A stretch of 64,000 nt of DNA from Parcubacteria group bacterium Gr01-1014_38 (GTDB lineage Bacteria > Patescibacteriota > Andersenbacteria > UBA10190 > CAIZMI01), in assembly GCA_007376145.1 (NCBI GenBank), contig VMFP01000001.1, positions 122,835-186,834 of the forward strand. The letters are read 5' to 3'. Below the pieces are notes generated by a model. The model was not told where the DNA came from, searched no databases, and was given only the letters and a program-made list of their open reading frames with translations. Both the position numbers and the translations under genes were made by a program. Positions 24,827 to 33,881 of the stretch are shown here, piece by piece. The first letter of the stretch is position 1. Every line of letters starts with the position of its first letter.

Positions 24827-25546
24827 TCAATCGGTGGGCGTCACGTGACTTTCCGGCGGATACTTTTGCGCCCACAGTTGAAGCCAGGTGGCTTGTCTCG
24901 CGTTTACCCCGCCGCGGAACGCGCGGGATTCCTGAATGGCAAGGTCCATCGGCCATCCTTGTACGGCGTACCGGTAGAGCGCGGTCATGGTCCCCGTGCG
25001 GCCGATGCCGCCACGGCAGTGGATGTGGACCGGCTGGTTCTCCGGATTCGTGACAAACCACAGGAACTGCTCGGCTTGATCTTCGGTCGGCGGCTGTCCG
25101 TCTGTGAGCGGGATGTGGAGATACGTCAGCCCGAGATTGGTAAAGCCTTGGAGTTTCGCATCGTCGCCAATTTCTCCGCGTTCCCCATCCGTTCGGAGAT
25201 TGACGACCGATTTCCACCCACGCTCTTTCAGCCAGGTAAACTCTGAAACGAGAGGCTGGCCGGAGCGCGAGAATACCCCCGACACCGGTATAGCAAAGGA
25301 CCAGAATCCGTAGGCCGACGGCGCATCGTCCGGAATCTGTTCACGCGGTCCGACGAAGGAGACTCGCTCGGCGACTGGCGCCGCCGAAGATCCGGGGCTG
25401 ACCAACGATGCGGCTGGCGTGGATAACGCCTCTGGCGCGTTTCCCCCGGTGCGCATCCGCCATCCGGGGAGGCGCACCAGGGCAACGACACCCGTGACGA
25501 ACGCGAGGAGGGTGACCACCGCGATGCTCAAGCGCAGCGGCCTCAT
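24827..25546 (-). CDS. protein tyrosine / dual-specificity phosphatase family protein with N-terminal anchor
   Basis: CX5R P-loop HIHCRGGIGRTG; N-terminal hydrophobic LRLSIAVVTLLAFVTGVVALV; 4-nt ATGA overlap with the upstream beta-propeller gene. Confidence 0.85.
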   Translation of the reverse strand: MRPLRLSIAVVTLLAFVTGVVALVRLPGWRMRTGGNAPEALSTPAASLVSPGSSAAPVAERVSFVGPREQIPDDAPSAYGFWSFAIPVSGVFSRSGQPLVSEFTWLKERGWKSVVNLRTDGERGEIGDDAKLQGFTNLGLTYLHIPLTDGQPPTEDQAEQFLWFVTNPENQPVHIHCRGGIGRTGTMTALYRYAVQGWPMDLAIQESRAFRGGVNARQATWLQLWAQKYPPESHVTPTD

Positions 25547-26637
25547 GACTCACGGTGATCAAGAGCAAGTGAGGACGGAAATCCGGCCGACGCACCTTGT
25601 CTCGGCGTTCCTGCTCCATACTGCCAGACGATCTCGCGGGTGCGGGGGTTCACTTCAATGATACGGTTGCGGCCCGCCTCGGCAATGAGGACATTCCCGT
25701 TTCCCAGCTTCGCGGCATCTGCCGGGTACTGAAGGCGCGATCCATCCGCGAGCTCGTGGAGCGTCCAAAGAATCTCTCCGCGGTGATTGATTTCAAAGAC
25801 CTCGTTCTTCTGACGGTCCTCGAGCACAAACGTGCTTTCCACGGTCGGGAATACGTGCTGGAGCCATTTCGCGTCCGGTTTCGTCCACTCCCAGAGGATC
25901 TCCTGCGTGGCGCGGTCAACGAGAATCAGTTTCTTTTCCAGGGTGTCAGTGATGAGAATCTGCTGCCCGTTCTCGAGAGGGATTGCGTGGGTATTGCCAC
26001 GGAGGAGACCGGGGCCTGTTCCCATGGTCAGCGTTTTTCCATACTGCCAGACGACGTCATTCGTCCTCTGGTCCACAACAATCACTCGTCGGTTGTTTCC
26101 GTCGTTGATGAGCACTTCATGGTCGTTGAGCTTGAAGGCTTTGTCTGGCTGGTGGAGGTAGCCCTTCCCATGTCCCTGGACGCCGCGGACGCCGTACTGC
26201 CAGACCAGCGCGTGGGTCTTCCGATCAAGTTCTTGCACCATCATGCCTTCCCCATCCGCGATGATGAGATTCCCGTTCGGCGCAGCGGTGACGTACTCGA
26301 TGTGGACACTGTAACTCCGCAGGGGGATCGGCGGGCTCGCCATGTGCTACTCCCAGACGCGTTCTCCCGCGCGGTTCACCGCGTATACGGTGTTGCCGGT
26401 AAAGTTCGAGATCCAGAGGGTGGTGAACCCTGCTTGGGGAAAGAACGGAGGTTGGCGGGTTGCGAGCGGAAGAGCGATGCGGTCGCGCGCGATCCAGAAC
26501 CCGATGCCCAGCGCGGCAATCGCCAGCACGACGAGGAGAAGACGGGGCACCCACGGCATGAGTATTGCTGTGCTGTTCTTAAGCATAGCGGACGTTGCGC
26601 AGCAGCACATTTCGCGAATGAAAAGAACCCGCGGCAA
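25543..26637 (-). pseudogene. membrane-anchored beta-propeller gene interrupted by one in-frame TAG (26349..26347)
   Basis: ORFs 26347..26637 and 25543..26343 are in the same frame, separated only by TAG-CAC. The blade-end motif (V/I)(V/L)W(Q/E)(Y/W/L) recurs six times, and the stop falls exactly at the Y/W/L position of the first blade (GERVWE-stop-H). The downstream 266 codons could still be expressed from ATG 26343. Confidence 0.7.
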
Positions 26638-26664
26638 CCAGTGGCTGTCGCGGGAGTGTTGGAA

Positions 26665-26997
26665 CTACCCTGCGGGGGAGACGACGCTCTGCCTCAGGAC
26701 ACGGGACACAAACCCTGCGAGATCCTCGACCGTTACCAGTGAGGGGATCGTCGCGATGATGTTCGCCAGGCACTGTCTCCGTTTCTCGAGCGAAGGGCCA
26801 GGGAGACCTCGGATGGTGGCGATCAGGTCCTCGGCAGTGTGCACCTTTTGCTTTCCGAGCTCTCCTGCAGCCTGGGCGAGTGCAGCGGTACCCCTCGGGA
26901 CAATTTCCGTCAGCTGCGTACAGAACCCGGTGATGTGCGATTCTTCCCACCCACGGATGTCTTCCGGTGTCGGCCACGCGCTTGGGGACTCTTCCAC
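26665..26997 (-). CDS. hypothetical protein, 110 aa
   Basis: GTG 26997. Codon third positions are G/C-rich like the neighbours. It is the first gene of the apparent 110aa / beta-propeller / phosphatase string. No motif recognised. Confidence 0.5.
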   Translation of the reverse strand: MEESPSAWPTPEDIRGWEESHITGFCTQLTEIVPRGTAALAQAAGELGKQKVHTAEDLIATIRGLPGPSLEKRRQCLANIIATIPSLVTVEDLAGFVSRVLRQSVVSPAG

Positions 26998-27087
26998 GGC
27001 GCACTCCTTTCTCTCCGGTGCCGTGTGAACGAACGTTCTTGAAGGAGAGGGTCGAGAAACCGCTTCTCGGTCTCCTCAAGAGAGGCA

Positions 27088-27096
27088 TGATATACT
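27088..27096 (+). promoter_or_regulatory. extended -10 promoter element upstream of dnaB (near-leaderless)
   Basis: TGaTATACT ends 9 nt before ATG 27106. I can see no SD and no clear -35. Confidence 0.4.
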
Positions 27097-27105
27097 CGTT
27101 CTGCC

Positions 27106-28509
27106 ATGCCTGTAAAGTCTGGAGTCTCCGGCGACCATCTCCCCCCGCATAACCTCGAAGCGGAGGCATCCGTGCTCGGAGCGCTTCTCCTCGACCACGA
27201 AGCGGTCGTGAAAATCGCCGATTTTCTCCGGCCACAGGACTTTTACTCCCCAAGCCACGCGACGATCTACGCCGCGATGGTTGAACTCTTCGAGCGCCGG
27301 GATCCGATCGATGTCCTCTCCGTCACGAACCGCTTGGCGGAAAAGAAAGAGTTGGAGATCGTCGGTGGCGAAGCCGCTCTCGCTTCTCTCGCCGCGTCTG
27401 TTCCAACGGCAGGTCACGTTGTCCACTACGCGCGGATCGTCCAGAAGAAAGCCACGCTCCGCCGCCTCATCAGCGCCGCGGCAGACATCCACGATCTCGG
27501 GTTCACCGAGGAAGAGGAAGTGGATCGCGTGCTCGACGACGCCGAGCAGAAGCTCTTTGCCGTGTCCCAGCAGCACCTGCGCCAGACCTTTGTGCCGGTC
27601 CGTGAGGTGCTCGCCGACGCGTTCCAGCGCATTGATGCGCTCCACAAGGGCGGCGCGGCCTACCGAGGCATTCCGTCTGGATTGAAACCGCTCGACGATA
27701 TTCTCTCCGGACTCCAGAAGTCCGATCTCGTGATTCTCGCGGCGCGCCCAAGTGTCGGGAAAACGTCCCTCGCCCTGGACATTGGCCGGCATATCGCCGT
27801 TCGGGAGAAGGTTCCCGTGGGGATCTTCTCTCTCGAGATGAGCAAGGAGCAGCTCGCCGACCGTTTGATCTGCGCGGAAGCCGCCGTGGACTTATGGAAA
27901 ATGCGCACCGGGCGTCTCTCCAGCGAGGGGTTCCCCCACGACGATTTCTCGAAGATCAACCATGCGATGGCGATCCTTGCGGAAGCGCCGATCTACATTG
28001 ACGATTCCGCCACGAGCAACGTCTTGGAAATTCGCACGCTCGCGCGCCGTCTTCAGGCGGAGCACGGCATCGGGTTTCTCGTGCTCGACTACTTGCAGCT
28101 CATGGAGGGCCCGCGGGCCCGCGAAGGTCGCGTGCAGGAAGTGAGCGAGATTTCGCGCGCGCTCAAAGGACTCGCGCGAGAGCTGAATATCCCCGTGCTT
28201 GCCGTTTCCCAACTGTCGCGGGCGGTAGAAGGACGGAGTCCTCCCGTGCCGAAGCTCTCTGACCTCCGTGAGTCTGGCTCCATCGAGCAAGATGCGGACG
28301 TCGTCCTCTTCCTCTACCCGAGCGGCCGACACGAAAAGACCGTGGAGCACCCGAACATCGTCGACGTCATCATCGCCAAGCACCGGAATGGTCCCATCGG
28401 AACGGTGTCGCTCTTCTTCCGTTCCGAGAGTGCGTCCTTCTCGGTGCTGGATGTTCGACACGCGGAGACTCCCGCGACCGCTCCGGCGGCTGCGGTGGTG
28501 AGCCGCTGA
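27106..28509 (+). CDS. dnaB: replicative DNA helicase DnaB
   Basis: PPHNLEAEASVLGALLLD, GLQKSDLVILAARPSVGKTS (Walker A), FLVLDYLQLM, ELNIPVLAVSQLSRAVE, IIAKHRNGP. At 467 aa there is no room for an intein. Confidence 0.97.
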   Translation: MPVKSGVSGDHLPPHNLEAEASVLGALLLDHEAVVKIADFLRPQDFYSPSHATIYAAMVELFERRDPIDVLSVTNRLAEKKELEIVGGEAALASLAASVPTAGHVVHYARIVQKKATLRRLISAAADIHDLGFTEEEEVDRVLDDAEQKLFAVSQQHLRQTFVPVREVLADAFQRIDALHKGGAAYRGIPSGLKPLDDILSGLQKSDLVILAARPSVGKTSLALDIGRHIAVREKVPVGIFSLEMSKEQLADRLICAEAAVDLWKMRTGRLSSEGFPHDDFSKINHAMAILAEAPIYIDDSATSNVLEIRTLARRLQAEHGIGFLVLDYLQLMEGPRAREGRVQEVSEISRALKGLARELNIPVLAVSQLSRAVEGRSPPVPKLSDLRESGSIEQDADVVLFLYPSGRHEKTVEHPNIVDVIIAKHRNGPIGTVSLFFRSESASFSVLDVRHAETPATAPAAAVVSR

Positions 28510-28545
28510 CGCTTTTGAGCGGGTTGACGCCGTCAGTCGCGCGGT

Positions 28546-29169
28546 ATGGCGATTCCTCTCCTCCCCGCGTCGCTCCGAAACCTGATGAGAGATTTGGAGC
28601 GACTCCCCGGGGTTGGCCCGAAGAGCGCCCAGCGGATGGTCTTCGCCCTCCTCCGGCGACCCGCGGAAGAACTGGAGCGCTTTGCGTCTGACCTCCTCGC
28701 ACTGCGCGCCGCGAAGACCTGTCGGACCTGCGGCATGCTCGCCGAACAAGAGCAGTGCACGATCTGCCGCGATCAAACACGTGTGTCCGCGATCCTCTGC
28801 GTGGTGGAAACCCCACTCGACGTCATTGCCATTGAACGGACGGGCGAATACCGGGGGCGCTACCACGTGCTCGGAGGTGTCCTCTCTCCGCTTGAACACA
28901 TTGGTCCCGAACAGCTTTCGATTCCCCAACTCCTTCAGCGCGTGAAAGACGAGTCTCCGCAAGAAATCATCCTCGCGTTGAATCCGAGTACCGAAGGCGA
29001 AACCACCGTGCTCTACCTCCAGGACTTACTGAAAGAATTTTCCGGGACAATCACCCGCCTCGCCCGCGGGCTGCCGACGGGCGCAGCGCTAGAATTCGCT
29101 GATGATTTGACCATCGCGCGAGCCATTGCAGAACGACGAGAAGTACAGCGGCAGCCAGCCGCCGCATGA
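28546..29169 (+). CDS. recR: recombination protein RecR
   Basis: LPGVGPKSAQRMVFALL (HhH), a C4 zinc finger CRTCG...CTICRD, and a Toprim region VVETPLDVIAIE...YHVLGG. Confidence 0.95.
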   Translation: MAIPLLPASLRNLMRDLERLPGVGPKSAQRMVFALLRRPAEELERFASDLLALRAAKTCRTCGMLAEQEQCTICRDQTRVSAILCVVETPLDVIAIERTGEYRGRYHVLGGVLSPLEHIGPEQLSIPQLLQRVKDESPQEIILALNPSTEGETTVLYLQDLLKEFSGTITRLARGLPTGAALEFADDLTIARAIAERREVQRQPAAA

Positions 29170-29171
29170 GG

Positions 29172-29206
29172 AATAGAAAAGCGCTGCTGGCAATGACCAG
29201 CAGCGC
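29172..29206 (-). terminator. intrinsic terminator after the M16 peptidase gene
   Basis: GCGCTGCTGG-caatga-CCAGCAGCGC (perfect 10-bp stem). On the minus strand it is followed by TTTTCTATT. Confidence 0.7.
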
Positions 29207-29231
29207 GTGTTGAAGCAGTAAATCTCCAACC

Positions 29232-30503
29232 TTACTCAACCTGCCCCGTGCCTAGGAAAATGATCGTCCGGGCCCGGTCGGGTGTAAGAGCATCGAGGAG
29301 CTCCACCACTTCTTGGTGCGGCGTTCCCGTGAGCAAGTGCACGTACGTCTCATCGTCGAGCTCTTCGCCCGCAGCCGTAAGACGTCGGTCAGCGATCTTC
29401 GTGTACGCATGTGGGTCAACGACCCGCATGCCGGGGGTGGAGCGAATTGCATCCTGACTATACTCGTACCAGCTTGGATCCCTGGGCTGGGCGTCTTGCA
29501 GGACATCCCGGAATGCCTCACGAAGGGCATCGGTCTTGTCTATCTCTGTTCCTGCGAGGAATCCCCAGAACCCGCCGTCTGGACCGAGTACACTAAAGAT
29601 CTCTGCACCATAAACAAGCTGTCGCTCTTCTCGGGTGATCCGGAGGAGCGGAGCGGTCGTATCACCGTCAGTGAGGAGGTGCTCGAGTCGTGTCCAGCGG
29701 CGGAACTGTGCCGGATCATCGCCCCGGGAGGCTACCGGGAACAAGAGGAAGACGACGGATGTCTGAAAGGGCGTCTCAATCTCGGTCGTGTTCCCACACT
29801 CCCAAGAAGGAAGTTCACCATACGACGCAGGGGCTCGTCGCTCCGTAAGAGGGAGATTAGAAAGCGCTGACGCGCTTTCCGCCACCACCTCACGGAGTTC
29901 GTCGGGAGAGCAATCTCCGGCAACGAAGAGGACTGTCCGTGACCGTGCATACCCCCGCGCGTGGGATCGCCGGAGCAGTTCAGGAGTCATGCCGCTGACG
30001 GCTGCCTCCGAACCAATCGGGAGATGGCCAAGAGGGTGATCGCCCCAGAGAAGAGGAAAGAGGTGGTAGAGAGCCGATGCAAATGCGTCGGAGAGGCGGT
30101 CACGGCGTTCTTTCACGATGATTTCCCGTTCGGCCGTAATGGCGGCGTCTGTCATCATCGGTTCCGCGACGAGGTTAGCAGTCACGTCGAGTGCTTCGCG
30201 CCAGAACCGTTTCGGCACGTGTGCCCAGAAGGTGGTTGAGACCAAGCCAGTCTCCGCAGTCACAAGACCGCCGTACCGTGCATACCGATCCGCAGTTTCG
30301 GCTGGACCATTCGGATATTTCTTGGTCCCGCGGAACGGAACATGCTCGAACCAGTGGTAGATCCCGTCGTCGCCAACCGTACGATCATCGGCACTCCCCG
30401 TGAACATGATCCACCGGATGCTAAAGGGATTCACTGCCTCGGGGAGTTGCTGGAAAAAGACAGGAATCCCATACGCGCCATCAATTCGCCTGAACTGAAT
30501 CAC
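29232..30503 (-). CDS. M16 (pitrilysin/insulinase) family zinc peptidase
   Basis: Inverted zinc motif HxxEH in HWFEHVPFRGTKKYP; a two-domain protein of 423 aa. Confidence 0.84.
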   Translation of the reverse strand: MIQFRRIDGAYGIPVFFQQLPEAVNPFSIRWIMFTGSADDRTVGDDGIYHWFEHVPFRGTKKYPNGPAETADRYARYGGLVTAETGLVSTTFWAHVPKRFWREALDVTANLVAEPMMTDAAITAEREIIVKERRDRLSDAFASALYHLFPLLWGDHPLGHLPIGSEAAVSGMTPELLRRSHARGYARSRTVLFVAGDCSPDELREVVAESASALSNLPLTERRAPASYGELPSWECGNTTEIETPFQTSVVFLLFPVASRGDDPAQFRRWTRLEHLLTDGDTTAPLLRITREERQLVYGAEIFSVLGPDGGFWGFLAGTEIDKTDALREAFRDVLQDAQPRDPSWYEYSQDAIRSTPGMRVVDPHAYTKIADRRLTAAGEELDDETYVHLLTGTPHQEVVELLDALTPDRARTIIFLGTGQVE

Positions 30504-30643
30504 GAGTGTCCTCCCGTGGAACTTCGCGCTCCACTCAAAACTCTACTGACATTCAAATGAACAGCACCGTGCTGTTCACGGTGCCCAGCAGCTTATATCA
30601 CCATGATATTTTCGTCAAGGCAAACTGTTCCCTCCAAAAATCG

Positions 30644-30964
30644 CTAGAAGTTAATCTCCCCTATTTTCACTTCCGTATAGTGTTGCCGATGGCCGAACTT
30701 TTTGCGGTAGCGCTTTTTGGCCTTGAATTTGATGCCGATGACTTTGTCGTGGCGGCCGTGTTTCGCGATCGTGCCAGTGACGACAGCGCCGGGCACCGTC
30801 GGGTGGCCCACGCGGACCTCTTCCCCACGCGCGAGGAGGAGGACTTCGGGAAACGTCACCGCTGCCGACGGCTCACCATCGAGTTTCTCCACGCGCATCG
30901 TGTCGCCCGGCCGGACGAGCACTTGTTTTCCACCGGTGGCGATCACCGCGAGCACGTCACTCAT
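30644..30964 (-). CDS. rplU: 50S ribosomal protein L21
   Basis: MSDVLAVIATGGKQVLVRPGDTMRVEKL...HGRHDKVIGIKFKAKKRYRKKFGHRQHYTEVKI. Confidence 0.94.
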   Translation of the reverse strand: MSDVLAVIATGGKQVLVRPGDTMRVEKLDGEPSAAVTFPEVLLLARGEEVRVGHPTVPGAVVTGTIAKHGRHDKVIGIKFKAKKRYRKKFGHRQHYTEVKIGEINF

Positions 30965-30965
30965 A

Positions 30966-31082
30966 CCCCGTTAGAAACTACGTAAAAAGCGCGCCCCGAG
31001 CGCTTTTTCGCGAAGAGAATAGTGAAACGGAAGACGGAGTATCTCATGTGGAAGTGGAGGCTGCTAGATGTTTCTAACGGGG
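30966..31082 (-). promoter_or_regulatory. structured element immediately upstream of the rplU start codon
   Basis: A 13-nt perfect inverted repeat CCCCGTTAGAAAC (30966..30978) / GTTTCTAACGGGG (31070..31082) encloses an inner hairpin AAAAAGCGC-gccccga-GCGCTTTTT (30984..31008). The outer stem ends 1 nt from ATG 30964. Confidence 0.45.
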
Positions 31083-31096
31083 CATACCGCGACATG

Positions 31097-32101
31097 CTAG
31101 GGATTCTTCCCTTTCCCGTCAACCAAGAAGGTCGGCCGGCGCGTAAGGGTGAAGAAAATCACCGCAGCGCCGCTCGCCGCGAGGAGGAGCACTTTCCAGG
31201 GCGTGGGAAGCGTCACAGCGGCCACGGCGAGTCCGGCAGAGACCACGGTGTACAACGCGAGGATGGACCGAGGAGACCAGGCCTTGGCGAGCAGACGGTG
31301 ATGGAAATGCGTGCGGTCGCCTCGGAACGGTGAACTGCCCCGGCGAATCCGCGCGGTCACCACAGAGACCGCGTCGAGGAGCGGGATGGCTCCGACGACC
31401 GACAGCGTGGCGATCTTGCTCGATCCTTGGACGGAGAGGACCGCCAGGAGGAACCCCAGGAACCACGCGCCGGGTGTCCCCAACACAAGGCGGGCCGGCG
31501 GGAAATTCCAGAAAAGGAAGCCGGCGGTCGCCGCCGCAGCGAGGAACGCTGGCAGGGCGACCACTGGTTCATTCACCTGCGGGAGCAGACTCGTTACCCC
31601 GATGGCGAGAAAACCAATGGTGCTGACGGTTGCCGCGAGACCATCCATGCCGTCGAGGAAATTCACGGCGTTCATGAGAACGAGAATCCAGAGCACCGTG
31701 AGTGCCGCGCCGGGGAACGGAAACCCCCCGATCTGCCAGTGGTCTAAGGTGATGAGCCCGCCGGTTGGATTGGTCACGTACTCCACAGCGATGCCCCCGA
31801 CGAAGACAGCACCGATGCTCGCCAGGAGCTGCCCGAGGAGCTGCGGGAGTGGACCGAGCCCCCGCCACAGATCCCAAAGCCCGACCGCCACGATCGTGAT
31901 CGTCGCCAGGCCCATGCCCAGCGCACTCCGTGGCGAGAGACTTCCGGTGAGCCCGCTCAAGATCCACCAGGCCAGCAGTGTGCTGATGCCTCCGGTTGCC
32001 GCGACGCCGCGCGCCGCGGTGAGTCGGATCCGTTCACCGCCCCAGCGTGCCGCGCTTCCCAGTGCCAGACTGAGAGTAAACGCACCAAAGAACGGAATCA
32101 T
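31097..32101 (-). CDS. glycosyltransferase family 4 polyprenyl-phosphate sugar-1-phosphate transferase (MraY/WecA family)
   Basis: Polytopic membrane protein with NAVNFLDGMDGLA and a C-terminal RGSSPFRGDRTHFHHRLL motif, typical of the WecA/MraY family. Confidence 0.88.
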   Translation of the reverse strand: MIPFFGAFTLSLALGSAARWGGERIRLTAARGVAATGGISTLLAWWILSGLTGSLSPRSALGMGLATITIVAVGLWDLWRGLGPLPQLLGQLLASIGAVFVGGIAVEYVTNPTGGLITLDHWQIGGFPFPGAALTVLWILVLMNAVNFLDGMDGLAATVSTIGFLAIGVTSLLPQVNEPVVALPAFLAAAATAGFLFWNFPPARLVLGTPGAWFLGFLLAVLSVQGSSKIATLSVVGAIPLLDAVSVVTARIRRGSSPFRGDRTHFHHRLLAKAWSPRSILALYTVVSAGLAVAAVTLPTPWKVLLLAASGAAVIFFTLTRRPTFLVDGKGKNP

Positions 32102-32126
32102 TCCGTTGGCTGGAGACGCGCGTTGG

Positions 32127-33866
32127 TCACCGCCGACTCACCGCCGTCGTGAGGAGCGGTGCGCGCACTCGCATCGGTTCCACGCGCACTTTCGGTGTCA
32201 CCCAGAACCCGAGGTACGTTCCCAGGAGCAGGCGGGTCTGCGCATCCACGGCCGGAAGTGCACCGAGGACGGAAGTAATGATCGGCGTCAGCACCCACTG
32301 GAACACCATCCAGAGGTACCGCCGACGCGGCGTTCCTGGTGGAGCCGGAGGGAGCAGGAGCAGCGAGAGCGTCGCGTTGAGGATCAGACCCACCATACCG
32401 ATGGTGAGGAGCGTGCGCGTGACGCGGGGGAGGTTGAACGCCAGCACGGTTCGCTGGAATTCGACGTTGCCGAACAGCACGGGGATCCAGCCGAGGAACG
32501 CGAGGATGAGCGCGGCGGTGGCCCACGAGTGCCAAGCCTCGAGCATCGCCCCGGCGCGCAGGAATCGTTCACGAACCGGAATTGCAGAACGTTGCAGAAA
32601 TGCCTTCGCAATGAACGGAAAGTTCTCAATGCCCCACGCCCAGCGTCGCTTTTGTTTGTACTGATTGATGAACGTCTGCACGAGCGTCGGCGCGCAGGTC
32701 ACGTCCATGGAGACCGTCGCGTCCATGGGCACGGTGCGGTACGCGCCTTGGTAGTGAACATACGCCTGCCAGAAGATGCGCGAGTCCTCCGACACGACCG
32801 TCGGGTCCCAGAATCCTGCGTCGACGAGGGCGCGGAAGGGCATAGCGTGGGAGGAGTACGTCACCATCCGCTCGGACCGCGCGAACTGAATTAAGATCCA
32901 GAATGTTGAGTTTGTGGAGATTACTCGCGTGAACGCCGGTGCTTCCCAGATATTATTGTGGTAGAGCGGGAGTGGCTGATAGCTGCAGCGGAGGCGGTCT
33001 GCAGTCACGAGGTACGTATACGTTAGCACGCCAAAGTACTCGGGCGACGGGACGGTGTCGGCGTCGAAGTTGGAGATGAGCACCTGTTCGTACGGAATTC
33101 CCCCGGCATCAAGGAGTTGTTGAACGACGCGCGCCGCGTAGCTCGCGTTTGCCGACTTTACCTGCCGCTCGCCGGGAATCCCGTCAGGGTGCACGGTGGT
33201 CAGGAAGCGACCGAAGGTGTTTTTGTACCGCGCTTCCAGTGCTCGCTGTACGACCGCGGCGTGCTCGCCAGCCCGTTCTTCCAGCGCCACGATCACCCAG
33301 AGGCGCTCTTTGGGATAGATCGCCGCCGCCAGAGCGTCGAGGCTCTGCGTGAGGAGCAGCAGCGGCTCTTTGTAGGTTGGGAGAATCACGACGTGGAGAA
33401 TGTCGGTCCACCGAGGAACATCCGTTGGCCACTGATCATCCGGCCGCCGCAGCCGCAAGAGATCGTTCCGGAACAGGAGTTCCTGCCGGAGAGTTTTTCC
33501 CGATCTCTGACGCTCACTGCCCGAGGTTTCCGCAACCTGTCGTTCAACATCGCGGATGCGGGCGTCCACCACCTCCAGCGCGCGGCGCGGATCGTCCAGC
33601 AGCTGAAGGCGGGCGATCCAGTCCGTTCCCCGCATGCGCCGGAGCGTCCGGTAGCTGGCAATGAGGTTCGTGGCGACGTGGAGCGCACGCACGAGCCAGT
33701 AGAAGTCGTAGAAGATGAGGAATACCGCCACCAGGAGCGGTTGCGTGAAGGCCAGAACCGTCAATCCGACGAGCGTGCCCCAGACGAGGAGCCCGGGAAT
33801 GCTCTCCAGGGTGCGCCGGAGCAGGAGTTCGCTATCGAACGTGAGGAGAGGAGTCGCGTGACGCAT
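32127..33866 (-). CDS. processive family-2 glycosyltransferase (cellulose/chitin-synthase-like), polytopic
   Basis: VVILPTYKEP, NFDADTV, QYKQKRRWAWG (Q-x-x-R-W), flanked by multiple TM helices. Confidence 0.88.
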   Translation of the reverse strand: MRHATPLLTFDSELLLRRTLESIPGLLVWGTLVGLTVLAFTQPLLVAVFLIFYDFYWLVRALHVATNLIASYRTLRRMRGTDWIARLQLLDDPRRALEVVDARIRDVERQVAETSGSERQRSGKTLRQELLFRNDLLRLRRPDDQWPTDVPRWTDILHVVILPTYKEPLLLLTQSLDALAAAIYPKERLWVIVALEERAGEHAAVVQRALEARYKNTFGRFLTTVHPDGIPGERQVKSANASYAARVVQQLLDAGGIPYEQVLISNFDADTVPSPEYFGVLTYTYLVTADRLRCSYQPLPLYHNNIWEAPAFTRVISTNSTFWILIQFARSERMVTYSSHAMPFRALVDAGFWDPTVVSEDSRIFWQAYVHYQGAYRTVPMDATVSMDVTCAPTLVQTFINQYKQKRRWAWGIENFPFIAKAFLQRSAIPVRERFLRAGAMLEAWHSWATAALILAFLGWIPVLFGNVEFQRTVLAFNLPRVTRTLLTIGMVGLILNATLSLLLLPPAPPGTPRRRYLWMVFQWVLTPIITSVLGALPAVDAQTRLLLGTYLGFWVTPKVRVEPMRVRAPLLTTAVSRR

Positions 33867-33881
33867 GGGTCGGCCCGACGT

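Noticed and set aside
26347-26349. In-frame TAG considered as evidence for genome-wide stop-codon reassignment
   Set aside because: TAG, TGA and TAA all terminate well-supported genes at the expected ends elsewhere in the window (e.g. TAG at 61661 and 1633, TGA at 3187 and 9237, TAA at 56826 and 59664), and no other gene shows internal stops. This is a local event or an error.
27076-28962. Minus-strand ORFs 27076..27792 and 27892..28962
   Set aside because: They are antisense to dnaB and recR, both of which have complete signature motifs.
30556-30576. Near-perfect palindrome TGAACAGCACCGTGCTGTTCA between rplU and the M16 peptidase gene
   Set aside because: It could be an rplU terminator (followed by TTTGAATG on the minus strand) or a 5'-UTR element of the peptidase gene. 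A promoter-like TTGACG..TATAAG lies upstream of it, which makes its role ambiguous, and I could not decide from the sequence alone.
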